Source: Dipteris shenzhenensis (taxonomy: Eukaryota). Taken from it: 64,000 nt of DNA. Made by a program: the position numbers and the translations under genes. The notes under the pieces are model-generated. The model was not told the DNA's origin and ran no database searches. It saw only the letters and a program-made list of their open reading frames with translations. Below, piece after piece: positions 24,144-35,508 of this stretch. The stretch lies in the NCBI GenBank assembly GCA_047967505.1, contig CM106538.1; one strand, written 5' to 3'. Positions within the stretch are counted from its first letter, which is position 1; each line of letters begins with the position of its first letter.

Positions 24144-27100
24144 TGTTGAGATATCAAGCTCTACCCCTGACATATCTCCTGGATGACTATCATTTATGTC
24201 ACCGCCTATGTTAGTTATACTCGTGGTGTAGTTAGACTACCACGTATGTTTTTGGTTTGGGTTCACATATGAACCACGTATTCTAGGTTTTGACATATAG
24301 GGTATTTCCCTCTTCTATTGTATTGTTGTTGTGTGCTAAAGTGAAGAAAGGCTTCACCCTCCAACCGTGTGTCCTCTCTCTTTTGTGTGTTGTGAAGAAA
24401 GCTGAACTTGAGTCTCCTATCTCTCTCCCTTATTTCTTTACATGGTATCAGAGCCTTGTTCGTGGTAAGGAGCTCAAGAAAGCTAGCCAAGTTTGTGGTG
24501 TCCTGGTAAGAGGACCAGTGTAGCTTTCCTATTTCGAGTTTGGGAGCAAATCTCTGCAGGTAGCACAGCCAGAAGTGCAGGAGTGCACTGCTTCAGATTG
24601 AGAGGCCCCTCGCGGTGCGGCGAGAGCGCAGTATATGCTGCAGGATAGGGCGAAGCCCTTGGTGACTTTATTTTTCTGATTTGAGGCCGTTTCGGGGCCC
24701 GTTTTGAAGGCGGAAGTTCTTCGCAGGCACTCAGAAAAAGGCCCTGTTTTTGCTGTGCGACCACCGCGCGGCTAGTCGGTGGAAAGGTGCCACAGAAATT
24801 GCATCGTATGCCTATGTGCAGAGATATTGGGAGTTGCAGATTCATGCCTGTTGCCTGTTGATGCAAAATCGTCACGAGGAAGTGACTGTGTGGTGAAATA
24901 CCACTTTCGTCAGTGTTGCAGATCTGCCCTGTGAGGCTCTTTGCAGAAGTTTTGCTATTTGCCCTTCTGAGGCATTTGCTGTGTTTACAGGTTGCTGTTG
25001 CATTTCGTGATTTGTAAAATGTCTGAGAATCTGTCTACCATTGTCAGTGAGAAGCTTGACAAGAACAACTTCCAAGCATGGAAGTTCAGGATGACAAACT
25101 TCTTTATGGGAAAGGGAGTTTGGGATTACATCAGTGGTGAAACTACAGAACCAGTTTTGGGTGCTGCTCCCACTCCTGCTGAATTGAAGGCCTTTAAAGA
25201 ATGGCATGAAAAAGCCAAAAAATGCCTGTATTGGCTGTCCGTTAGCATTTCAGATTCTATGATTGTGCATATACAGGATCTAGAGACGCCTAAGGAGGCA
25301 TGGGATACATTGGTGAAGCTGTATAGCACAAATACCAAAGCACGAAAGATGCAGCTAAAGCAGGAGTTGCACAATGTCCAAAGGAAAAATATGAATATAA
25401 ATGAGTATTCCTTGAAGGTGAAAGGCCTTGCAGATTCTCTTGCCTCCATTGGAGCACCTGTTGATGATGAGGACTTAGTGTCCGTGACCTTGAATGGTCT
25501 TGGGAAAGATTATGCACAATTTCGGACATCCATTGGAGTCCGTGAAACATTTCCTGATTTTCAGGAACTTATTGCTCTCTTGCTGAGTGAAGAGCAAAGG
25601 AATGGTGGTTCAGCCACCTCAACTTCTCAAGAGACTGCTTTCTACTCGAATACAGGTAGAGGCAGGGGTAGAGGAAGAGGCCGTTCTGGTGGCCGTGCAG
25701 GAAATCAGAACCAACAGCAACAACAGGAAAACCAGTCCTATGGAGGAGGACGTGGTAGTTCTAGAGGCAGGGGGAGCCAAAGAGGCCGTGGTTCATGGCA
25801 AAGGAACCAGCAAGTAAATAGCAGCACAAAATGCTATTATTGTGGAAAGCCTGGACACAAGGAGAATACATGCTATAAAAAGCAGAATGACATCAAAAGT
25901 GGGAAGTTGCAGCAAAGCAACTATGCATCATCAAGTGGGCATGGTGACGACAGAAATGAGCACCTTTTTGTGATGCAGCATATGGTTAACTCCATGTCAG
26001 GAGATGCTGCAGCTTGCAATGATGTTTGGTATGTTGATTCAGGTGCCTCTAACCACATGACCAGTCATGGTGAGTGGTTTCATGATGTCAGAAATTTGGA
26101 TAAGCCAGGTTATGTTGAAACAGGTGATGATACTGCGCACCCAATTACGCAGGTTGGTAAAGTGCCATTGGCTATGCAGGATGGCAAAACAAAGTACTTG
26201 GCAGATGTACTTCATGTTCCAAAAATCACTAAGAACCTGGTTTCAGTTGGCCAGATGGTTGAGCAAGGTCTGCAGGTTAGATTTAACCCTGATGGATGCT
26301 TCGTTGAGGACTTGAAAAATAAGTGCCGCTTGGTTGCGAAAGGCAACAAAAATGGCAGAATGTTCACCTTGGATGTTGATATGCCTGAGGTGAAAGCTGC
26401 TATGTTTGCGCATGGGAGAGGTGTCATTGCAGATATTGAGATATGGCACAAGCGCATTGGGCACGTGAATATACAAAGGCTGAAATCTATGCAAACGAAA
26501 AACATTGTTGCAGGTTTGCCTAAATTCAGAGTTGAGGGAATGCAAAAGGTATGTGAAGCATGCCAAATGGGTAAGCAGGCCAGACATGCATTTCCCAAAA
26601 ATGCTAAGGTGAGCAGAAGACCTTTGGAAGTGATCCATTCAGATGTTTGGACAACCAAAGCTGCTTCTATTGGTGGATGCCATTATTATGTGACGTTTAT
26701 TGATGACTACACTAGGAAGGTGTGGATTTATTTTATGAAGCACAAAAGTGAAGTGTTCAGCCATTTCAAGGCTTTTAAGGCCATGGTTGAAAAAGAGAAA
26801 GGTGTGCATATTAAAGTGCTAAGATCTGATGGAGGGGGAGAGTACTTTTCAGAAGAATTTTGTGAATATCTGAAAGAACAGGGAATTCAAAGGAAGTACT
26901 CATGCAGGTCTACCCCTCAGCAGAATGGGGTTGCAGAAAGGAAGAACAGGCATATTGCAGAAGTAGGACGGGCGATCCTAAATGAGAAAAACATGCCTGA
27001 TTATTTTTGGGCTGAAGCAGTAGCAACTGCTGTTTATATTATGAACAGAACCCCCACTGCAGCTGTCCATGGCATGACGCCTGAAGAAATGTATACAGGC

Positions 27101-29630
27101 CAAAAACCAGATATTTCTCACTTGAAGGTATTTGGTTGCATAGCTTATGTTCATGTTCCTGATGAGAAGAGAACAAAGCTGGATCCAAAGGCAGAAAAAT
27201 GCATCTTTATTGGATATGCTCAGCACCAGAAAGGGTATCGCTGTTATAACCCTTCCACCCGCAAAATGCAAGTGAGCAGAGATGTTGTTTTTGATGAAAT
27301 GAGCAGCTGGTATGCACCAACTGTTATGGTAGGAGATGCAGATGCAGGAAATGGGAATGCTGCAATAAATGCAGAGCAGCAATCTCAAGCCTTGAGTGGA
27401 CCCAGAGAGTCCTCTACTAGTGGATCTAATGCATGGACAGGGAGATTGAGATCTAGTGAATCGTCACATGGCAGTCCTGATAGTGTTGTGCAGGTATCAC
27501 ATAAGGGAAAAGAAAAAGTGGACCATGCTCCAGTGTTTGATGTGTCTGCAGGTAGCTCTCATGTTGATGGAGAGTCAAGTGGCTCTGAAATGAGCCTTGA
27601 TGAGGAACTTGGGATTCCTTCTGTTGTTACACCTGGTGCAAGGAAAAGCAGGTATGATTTAAAGACTCCTACAACTGATCCAGTTGTACAGAGGTCCACT
27701 CGTATTAAGTATCCAGTTGACAGGCTGAGATATGATGGGTATACAGCACATCACTATGCTTATATGGTCAAGGTTCTAGAGGAGCCAGAGCCCACATGTT
27801 TTGAGGATGCAGCAGGGCATAAAAATTGGGAAGCAGCTATGGATGAAGAGATGGCTGCCTTGGATGCAAACCACACTTGGGATTTGATGCCTTTGCCTCA
27901 TGATAAGAAGGCTATTGGCTGCAAGTGGGTTTACAAAGTAAAGCACAATGCTGATGGGTCTGTTAGCAGGTACAAGGCAAGATTGGTTGCCAAAGGTTTT
28001 GCACAGACATATGGAATTGACTATGAGGAAACTTTCAGCCCAGTTGCAAGGATGGCAACCGTGAGAGCAGTAATTGCTATGGCTGCTGCAAAGGGATGGT
28101 CTTTGCATCAGATGGATGTGAAAAATGCCTTCTTGCATGGTGATTTACAGGAAGAGGTTTATATGATGCAGCCAGAAGGTTATGAGGATAAAGCACACCC
28201 CGATTTTGTATGCAGGTTGCGCAAAGCCTTGTATGGCTTAAAACAGGCGCCGAGGGCATGGTCAGACAAGATAGGGCAATATCTTGTCACTATTGGATTT
28301 CAGATTTCCAATTCAGATTTTTCACTTTATGTGAAAAGGACAAACAGAGGGATTGTGCTTATAGTCATCTATGTTGATGACTTGATTATTACAGGTGATA
28401 GTGATGCAGACATTAATGAAGTGAAGCTGCTGTTGAAGCAGAAATTTGAGATGAAGGATTTGGGAGAGCTGCATTACTTCTTGGGCATTGAGATTATTAG
28501 ATCCCCGAGTGGGATATGGCTGTTGCAAAGGCAATACGGTTTGGACATGCTGTCCAAATATGGGATGATAGGCTGTAAGCCTATCTCTGTTCCATTGGAG
28601 CAGAATGTGAAGCTCAATGCAGAGTCAGGTGAGCTTCTTGAAGATATTACTATGTACACGCGCATAGTAGGTAGCTTGATTTACATGACTATAACCAGAC
28701 CAGATTTGAGCTATGCTGTGGGGTTGGTGAGTCAGTTTATGCAGGCACCGAGGAAGCCAAATTTGGATGCGGCTAGGCGCATACTGCAGTATGTGAAGTC
28801 CACATTGCATTATGGACTGTTTTATGAAGCTGGGTGTGCATTACAGGTACATGGATACACAGATGCTGACTGGGCTGATAGTGTCTCAGACAGGAGATCT
28901 ACTAGTGGTTTTATGTTTTCCCTTGGGAGTGGTGCCATCAGTTGGAGCAGCAAGAAGCAGCCAACAGTTGCCTTGTCGAGCACAGAGGCAGAGTACAGGG
29001 GTGCAGCAATGGCTGCATGTGAGGTAGCTTGGTTACGGAAGCTACTTGCAGATATGGGACAGTCAGTTCATGCAGCAGTTGTCATTCATTGTGACAACAT
29101 TAGCAGCATCATGCTTGCTAATAACCCAGTTTATCATGCTAGAACGAAGCACATTGAGGTGCATTATCACTTTGTGAGAGAGAAGGTTCTAGCTGGTGAG
29201 ATTGATCTTGTCTATGTCAGCACTGAGGAGCAGGTGGCTGATATCTTTACGAAGGCATTGGGTACCGAGAAGCTTCGCAGATTTAGGAGCTTGCTTGGTG
29301 TACGTGAGATGGATTTGAGCTTGAGGGGGAGTGTTGAGATATCAAGCTCTACCCCTGACATATCTCCTGGATGACTATCATTTATGTCACCACCTATGTT
29401 AGTTGTACTCGTGGTGTAGTTAGACTACCACGTATGTTTTTGGTTTGGGTTCACATATGAACCACGTATTCTAGGTTTTGACATATAGGGTATTTCCCTC
29501 TTCTATTGTATTGTTGTTGTGTGCTAAAGTGAAGAAAGGCTTCACCCTCCAACCGTGTGTCCTCTCTCTTTTGTGTGTTGTGAAGAAAGCTGAACTTGAG
29601 TCTCCTATCTCTCTCCCTTATTTCTTTACA
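24144..29630 (+). mobile_element. Intact young Ty1/Copia (element B)
   Basis: 299-bp LTRs at 24144-24442 and 29332-29630 with 2 visible differences; TSD GGGTT; PBS 24443-24454; PPT immediately before 29332. Confidence 0.97.
25019..29374 (+). CDS. Copia Gag-Pol polyprotein, uninterrupted
   Basis: CYYCGKPGHKENTC, WYVDSGAS, HKRIGH/CEAC, LRSDGGGEY, YVDDL, ADIFTK in Copia order; the stop lies inside the 3' LTR. Confidence 0.97.
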   Translation: MSENLSTIVSEKLDKNNFQAWKFRMTNFFMGKGVWDYISGETTEPVLGAAPTPAELKAFKEWHEKAKKCLYWLSVSISDSMIVHIQDLETPKEAWDTLVKLYSTNTKARKMQLKQELHNVQRKNMNINEYSLKVKGLADSLASIGAPVDDEDLVSVTLNGLGKDYAQFRTSIGVRETFPDFQELIALLLSEEQRNGGSATSTSQETAFYSNTGRGRGRGRGRSGGRAGNQNQQQQQENQSYGGGRGSSRGRGSQRGRGSWQRNQQVNSSTKCYYCGKPGHKENTCYKKQNDIKSGKLQQSNYASSSGHGDDRNEHLFVMQHMVNSMSGDAAACNDVWYVDSGASNHMTSHGEWFHDVRNLDKPGYVETGDDTAHPITQVGKVPLAMQDGKTKYLADVLHVPKITKNLVSVGQMVEQGLQVRFNPDGCFVEDLKNKCRLVAKGNKNGRMFTLDVDMPEVKAAMFAHGRGVIADIEIWHKRIGHVNIQRLKSMQTKNIVAGLPKFRVEGMQKVCEACQMGKQARHAFPKNAKVSRRPLEVIHSDVWTTKAASIGGCHYYVTFIDDYTRKVWIYFMKHKSEVFSHFKAFKAMVEKEKGVHIKVLRSDGGGEYFSEEFCEYLKEQGIQRKYSCRSTPQQNGVAERKNRHIAEVGRAILNEKNMPDYFWAEAVATAVYIMNRTPTAAVHGMTPEEMYTGQKPDISHLKVFGCIAYVHVPDEKRTKLDPKAEKCIFIGYAQHQKGYRCYNPSTRKMQVSRDVVFDEMSSWYAPTVMVGDADAGNGNAAINAEQQSQALSGPRESSTSGSNAWTGRLRSSESSHGSPDSVVQVSHKGKEKVDHAPVFDVSAGSSHVDGESSGSEMSLDEELGIPSVVTPGARKSRYDLKTPTTDPVVQRSTRIKYPVDRLRYDGYTAHHYAYMVKVLEEPEPTCFEDAAGHKNWEAAMDEEMAALDANHTWDLMPLPHDKKAIGCKWVYKVKHNADGSVSRYKARLVAKGFAQTYGIDYEETFSPVARMATVRAVIAMAAAKGWSLHQMDVKNAFLHGDLQEEVYMMQPEGYEDKAHPDFVCRLRKALYGLKQAPRAWSDKIGQYLVTIGFQISNSDFSLYVKRTNRGIVLIVIYVDDLIITGDSDADINEVKLLLKQKFEMKDLGELHYFLGIEIIRSPSGIWLLQRQYGLDMLSKYGMIGCKPISVPLEQNVKLNAESGELLEDITMYTRIVGSLIYMTITRPDLSYAVGLVSQFMQAPRKPNLDAARRILQYVKSTLHYGLFYEAGCALQVHGYTDADWADSVSDRRSTSGFMFSLGSGAISWSSKKQPTVALSSTEAEYRGAAMAACEVAWLRKLLADMGQSVHAAVVIHCDNISSIMLANNPVYHARTKHIEVHYHFVREKVLAGEIDLVYVSTEEQVADIFTKALGTEKLRRFRSLLGVREMDLSLRGSVEISSSTPDISPG

Positions 29631-32600
29631 GGGTTATCATCTGTATGAACCTTGACAAGCTCTATGCGCTTGTCCTCAAGTACCTCCCTGATGAAATGGT
29701 ACCTGACCTCAATGTGTTTGGTCTTTGCATGAAAGACCGGATTCCGTGCTAGCTGAATAGCACTCATGGAATCACTATGCAATGTTGGTACACCTGTATG
29801 AATCCCCAAATCTCCCACTAGCTGATCAAGCCATATAGCCTCCTTGCAACCCTCTGTGGCTGCAACATACTCAGCCTCTGTGGTAGACAAAGCAACGCAC
29901 TTCTGTGCGCGAGACATCCACGACACTGCACCACCTGCAAAGGTGAACACATAACCAGAAGTGGATCTCCTACTATCCACATGCCCTGCATAATCTGAAT
30001 CTGTGTACCCAAGTACACGCATGTCTCCTTTACCAAAGCAAATGCACATCTCCTTGGTACCCTTCATGTACCTCATGATGCACTTAACTGCCTCCCAATG
30101 CCTCTTTCCTGGATTAGCCATATACCGGCTAACAACTCCCACTGCAAATGCAATGTCTGGTCTAGTAGCTATCATAGCATACATAAGACTCCCAACTGCT
30201 GATGCATAAGGAACCTTGGCCATCATGGCCCTCTCCTCATCTGATTTGGGACTATCTGTATGACTCAGTTTCACATATGGAGGCAATGGAGTACTCACTG
30301 CCTTCCCCCCCTCCATATTGAAACGCTGCAATACTTTTGTGACATACTCTTTTTGTGAAAGCCAAAGGAGTTTCCTACTCCGATCACGCGTGATGCGCAT
30401 ACCAAGAATATGACGTGCAAATCCCAAATCCTTCATATCAAAGGCCTCATGCAACTTGGCCTTTAATGCATCTAGCTCATAAGTATTCTTGCTAGCCAAT
30501 AGCATATCATCCACATATAGTGCTAAGATTATCAGGCTATTATCCTTAGCCCTTTTAGTGTAGAGGCAGTGATCAATTTCACTCCTTCTAAAACCCTGGG
30601 ACCGAATGAAAGCATCAAACTTCTGATACCATTCTCTAGGTGCTTGCTTAAGACCATAGAGACTCTTTTTCAGCTTGCAAACTAAATGCTCTTTGCCCTT
30701 TTCTTCAAAGCCTTCCGGCTGCACCATGTAAATGTCCTCATGCAAATCCCCATGCAAGAAAGCTGTCTTGACATCCATTTGCATAAGCTCCATATCCTCT
30801 ACTGCCACTAGTCCAAGCATGCATCTAAGTGTGGTCATCTTCACAACCGGAGAGAATATCTCATCAAAGTCCACACCCTTCTCTTGCTTGAACCCTTTAG
30901 CAACCAAACGGGCCTTGTACCTAGGCACATCATCACCTGTGACCTTCATTTTGTAGACCCATTTACATGGCAATGCTTTCTTTCCATGTGGCAAAGAAAC
31001 CAAGTCCCAAGTCTTATTCTTCATAAGTGAACTCATCTCTGATTGCGTAGCATACTCCCACTTGCGTTGATCCTCACGCATCATAGCCTCTCTGTAGCAA
31101 GAAGGCTCCCCGCAATCAGTAAGCATCACATAGTCTACCCCTGGAACAAACCTATCAGGCGGTCTGGACACTCTAGATGATCTTCTCAATGGCATTTCAG
31201 CTTGCTGTCCCACTTGCATATCAGCCACATTTGGCTCATCATTTCCACCAATAGATGATCCATCATCTACCCTTGATTGTATACCTGTGGGAGTACTTGG
31301 TTGTACCATTTCTTGCACATTTGGTGCATGGACAGCTTGCTGCCTATCAACATATGCAGGTGGATTCACATCCTGGAAAGTGATTCTCCTCATTTCCACA
31401 TCCCTCATGGGTGCCTTATGCATCTTCTTCTCATTGAAGACCACATCATGGCTGCGTATGATCTTCTTTGCTTCTGGATCCCAGAGACGATCGCCCATCT
31501 CTCCACTTTCACCATAACCTAGAAAGATGCATTTCCTAGACTTAGGATCTAGCTTCTTTCGAAGCTCTTTTGGCACATGTGCATATGCCTCACACCCAAA
31601 TATACACAAATGAGAGTAAGAGGGCTTCTTGCCACTCCATGCCTCTTCAGGAATACCACCATCCAAACTCTTACTAGGTGATCTATTGATCACATGCACT
31701 GCAGTCTTCATTGCCTCAGCCCAAAAACCACCAGAAAGACTTGCATTGGAAAGCATGCATTGCAACCTTTCTTGAATGGTACGATTCATCTTTTCTGCAA
31801 CTGGATTTTGCTCTGGAGTACGAGGGGATGTGAGCTCCCTCTTAATCCCACGTGTATCACAGAAATGCTGAAAGTCATGAGAGAGATACTCTCCACCATT
31901 GTCAGTCCGTAGGCATTTAAGCATTCTACCTGACTGATTCTCAACCAAGGCCAGCCATTTCTGAAATACCTGGAATACATCACTCTTCCGAGCTATAGCA
32001 TAAGCCCACACTTTCCTAGTTGCATCATCAATGAATGTCACATAGTATTCGGCCCCGCCTAATGACCGTGTAGGCATGGGACCACATACGTCTGAATGCA
32101 CCAAATCAAGCATTTCAAACTCTTTCTTTCCCCTTCTTTTATGGGCTGATTTAGTCTGCTTCCCATAGAGACAGTGCTCACAAAATTCAAAATCAGAGAA
32201 ACTCAAATGCGGTACATAACCCAAACGGCATAAGAGTTTCATTCCATTCTGGCTCATGTGCCCCAACCTGCAATGCCACAAAGAAGTGCTTGGCTGCTCG
32301 GTTATTGCAACAACATGATCAAATACCCCTAATACATGTAAGGGATACAAAGTCCCACACTTGGCACCCCTGGCCAAAAGCATAGAGCCCTTTTGAATTT
32401 TCCAACTCTGAAAGCCAAAAGTGGTGTGAAAACCAGCATCATCTAGCTGACCCACTGAAATAAGACTCTTGGTCAACTTAGGCACATGTCTCACATGTTT
32501 CAAAACAAATGCAGACCCGTTTGCAAAAGAAAACTTTATGTCACCTGCTCCCACTATGTCACATGCATAGTCATTTCCAAGATGCACACAACCTGTCTTT

Positions 32601-35508
32601 CCACTATCATAAGTGGTGAACCATTCCCTATGGGGAGTAACATGGAATGAAGCACCAGAATCCAAAATCCAATCCTGGGAATATGCATCATCTGAAGTGG
32701 TAAGCAACTCTGCAGATAAACTAGACATGAAGAGAACATCATTGTCACTATCACGTGTGACTGCATTGATCTCCTCGATCTTCACTTTTCCTTTGTCCTC
32801 CCTTGGACTCTCTTCCTTTTGATTTGCACCCCAATTTGCATTCTTTTTCTTATCCTTTTGCTCTCTTTTTAGCTTGTAGCAATCCTTTTTCATATGGCCC
32901 TTCTTGCCACAGTGGTAACACTCAATGTTTCATGCCCTGGATTTGCTACGAGACTTCCCTCTTTCTTGGGACTTCCCCCTGAACTGTGATCTGCCCCTTT
33001 GCACATTTAAGGCTGCATCCTGCTTGTTGCCATCCATAGACTTCCGTCTAATCTCCTCGGCCAACAAGCTACCCACAACATCATCAAATTTCAGTACTCC
33101 ACCAGGTGCAGAGTTACTGACAGCTGTACGGAAGGTATCCCATGAGGATGGCAATGAACATAAGAGAAATATTGCCTTAGTCTCCGCATCAAAATTCATT
33201 TTCTGAGCCTGAAGCTGGCTGAAAATAATATTGAATTCATTCAAGTGAGAAGCAATGGAGACCCCTTCCTTCATCTGCAGCTCAAACAACCTCTTCATGA
33301 GGTAAACTTTATTAGAGGCAGTTTCCTTTTCATAAGTGGCACACAATTTCTTCCACAAATCTTCCGTAGTCTGCTCATTTACTACTGTGAAATAAACTGA
33401 CTCTGCAAGATGAAGTCTAATAGTAGACTTTGCTAATGCATCCAACTCATTCCAATCATCCTCAGACATATCCGCAGGCTTAGCTTCAATACCTGCCAAG
33501 GGTTTAATCTGCTTCTTTTGAATAAGCACATCCCTTATTTGTTCTTTCCACAAAGAAAAGTTTGTCCCATCAAACTTTTTAATGCTGAAAAACTCCTTTT
33601 CAGACATGGAAGAGGATGCCATGATGCAAATAAAGCAAAATCCCAAATGCTAGTGCCTGCAAGAGAGAATCACACCAAATACTAGGTGCACCCAAATGTG
33701 TATGCCACAATAGAGTGAAATATCACCAAAACTCAAAACTCAAAGCATCTGACTCATGTGCATATAATATGCATCCATATGAGCAAATCTGGCCCAAAAG
33801 AAAATGCCAATAAGTGCCAAATGACTCAAGCATAAACACTGTCCACTGGCATATGCATCAATAATGTCTCATCCAAGAGAGCATAGCACTATCAATGCGT
33901 CCTGCAATGTGTCAAAGCTGTCCCTCAGCATAAAATAGCATCCATGTGCAAAGCGTCCATAAAAATAGCATCCCACAAGGCAATTTGGGCCTATCAGCGC
34001 ATCCAACAAGGACCGCAATGCATCCAAATGGCCTATAAATCATCCACTGCAACCCAATGCATACCACGAATGAGCGCACATTGCTCAAAATGCAACCAGA
34101 GTGATCTGCATAAGGTATGCTCAAGAAATCATAGTCCCACGGTAATGAGCGCTACTGAAAATAGAACCTGAGATGCTTCAAAACATGGGCGCCATTGCAT
34201 AATCGGACTCAGCAAGAAAATCTGCAAATATCTCTCTTCTGCCAGAACTCCAAAATCCCAACCAATGAATGAGAAATGGGAGTCAACACTTATCCACTGC
34301 CATGTGGCATAAATCTAAGGTTTCAAAACCTTAGTATGAAAAATGCATAACAGAGAGACGAAATCGAATACACAGAGATTTATAACTCTGAAAATCCTCC
34401 ACCGAATCACGCAAGAACTGATAGGTAGGGGTTTTTGGGCGTCCGGAACGCAATGGGACAGACGGTTTTGGAAACCGTGGTCTCAATCACTGGGTCCAAC
34501 ACACGGACTGAAAAACGTTTTTGGAAACAGAGCTATCTGTAAACTCCACCGGAGTGCGAATGATGAGCAACATAGAAGTTTTAGGACCTCTTGAGTCCAC
34601 CGGAACTGACAGATCTGCAAATGGTTGCTCCAAACTTGAGTTCCAACACCCGGGCAAAAAACGCAGGAATTGACACAGTGACTCAGAAATCCAATGAAAT
34701 GATCCTAGATTCAGGAATGAAGGTGTTTCCAGGCTCCTGAAGTAATGTGGACACCAAAAGCAAGCAATAGTTGCCTCTACAAGTCAATACGGAGTCTCTG
34801 TCATCGAACGGAACAGGGAAAAGCTCAAAAAACGACTTTTTCTTTGAAAGCTCTTAACAGGCTCTCAAAACCACTTCGCAAAGCCAAAACTTTTCCAAAG
34901 GTTCCTCCAAGGTCTCTGCTCACTCGGATGCAAGTAAAGTCACTCACAAAGCTTCCCACAAAGCTTCTCCTTCCTCCCACAGAGCTGCTGAGCTTCAAGC
35001 ATTCACGAACGCTCAGTTAGATCACTTGGGCTCTGATACCAGTTGAGAGTGCTCTCAACGGAAGCAAGAATGGAAGAAGGAGAGAGAGAGACAGAGAGAC
35101 AGAGAGCCACACAAGTTTTGGTGGGTGCAGAACCACCCTAATCTTCTTTTTCATTCATTTATATATGTGTTTGAGTATTGTACATAACCGGGGTTAAGGC
35201 ACAGTGACCTTTAACCCCCACAAGTGATATTGAATCTCAATATGTTTTGTGCGAGCGTGGAACACAGGGTTCTTTGCAATCGCCATGCAACTCTGATTGT
35301 CACATGATAACTGCGTAGGCTTGCTCTGTAATGCACCCATTTTCCCTAAGATCCTCCTCAACCACACTGCCTCGCAAGAAGCAAAGCATGCTGATTTGTA
35401 CTCAACCTCGGTAGAAGAAATAGCAATTGTGGGTTGCTTCTTGTTGACCCATGACACAACTCCAGATCCAAGTGAGAAACAGTAACCTATCACTAATGTC
35501 CTGCTGTC

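Larger units (their letters stand above)
24066..33646 (-). pseudogene. Copia C gag-pol (gag 32930-33646, pol 29631-32929, C-terminal tail 24066-24143)
   Basis: Zn knuckle, WILDSGAS protease, integrase, YVDD RT, RNaseH; one in-frame TGA at 32930-32932; DDNP|ADMLTK split by element B. Confidence 0.9.
23834..35222 (-). mobile_element. Full-length Copia (family C), interrupted by element B
   Basis: 179-bp LTRs at 23834-24012 and 35044-35222, apparently identical; TSD AGTGA (23829-23833, 35223-35227); PBS about 35030-35041; PPT about 24013-24023. Confidence 0.95.

Noticed and set aside
32930-32932. Programmed gag-pol stop-codon readthrough in Copia C
   Set aside because: The TGA lies before the Gag zinc knuckle and is most simply a CGA>TGA mutation.
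25126-33206. Many small antisense or out-of-frame ORFs
   Set aside because: Shadows of the two Copia polyproteins.
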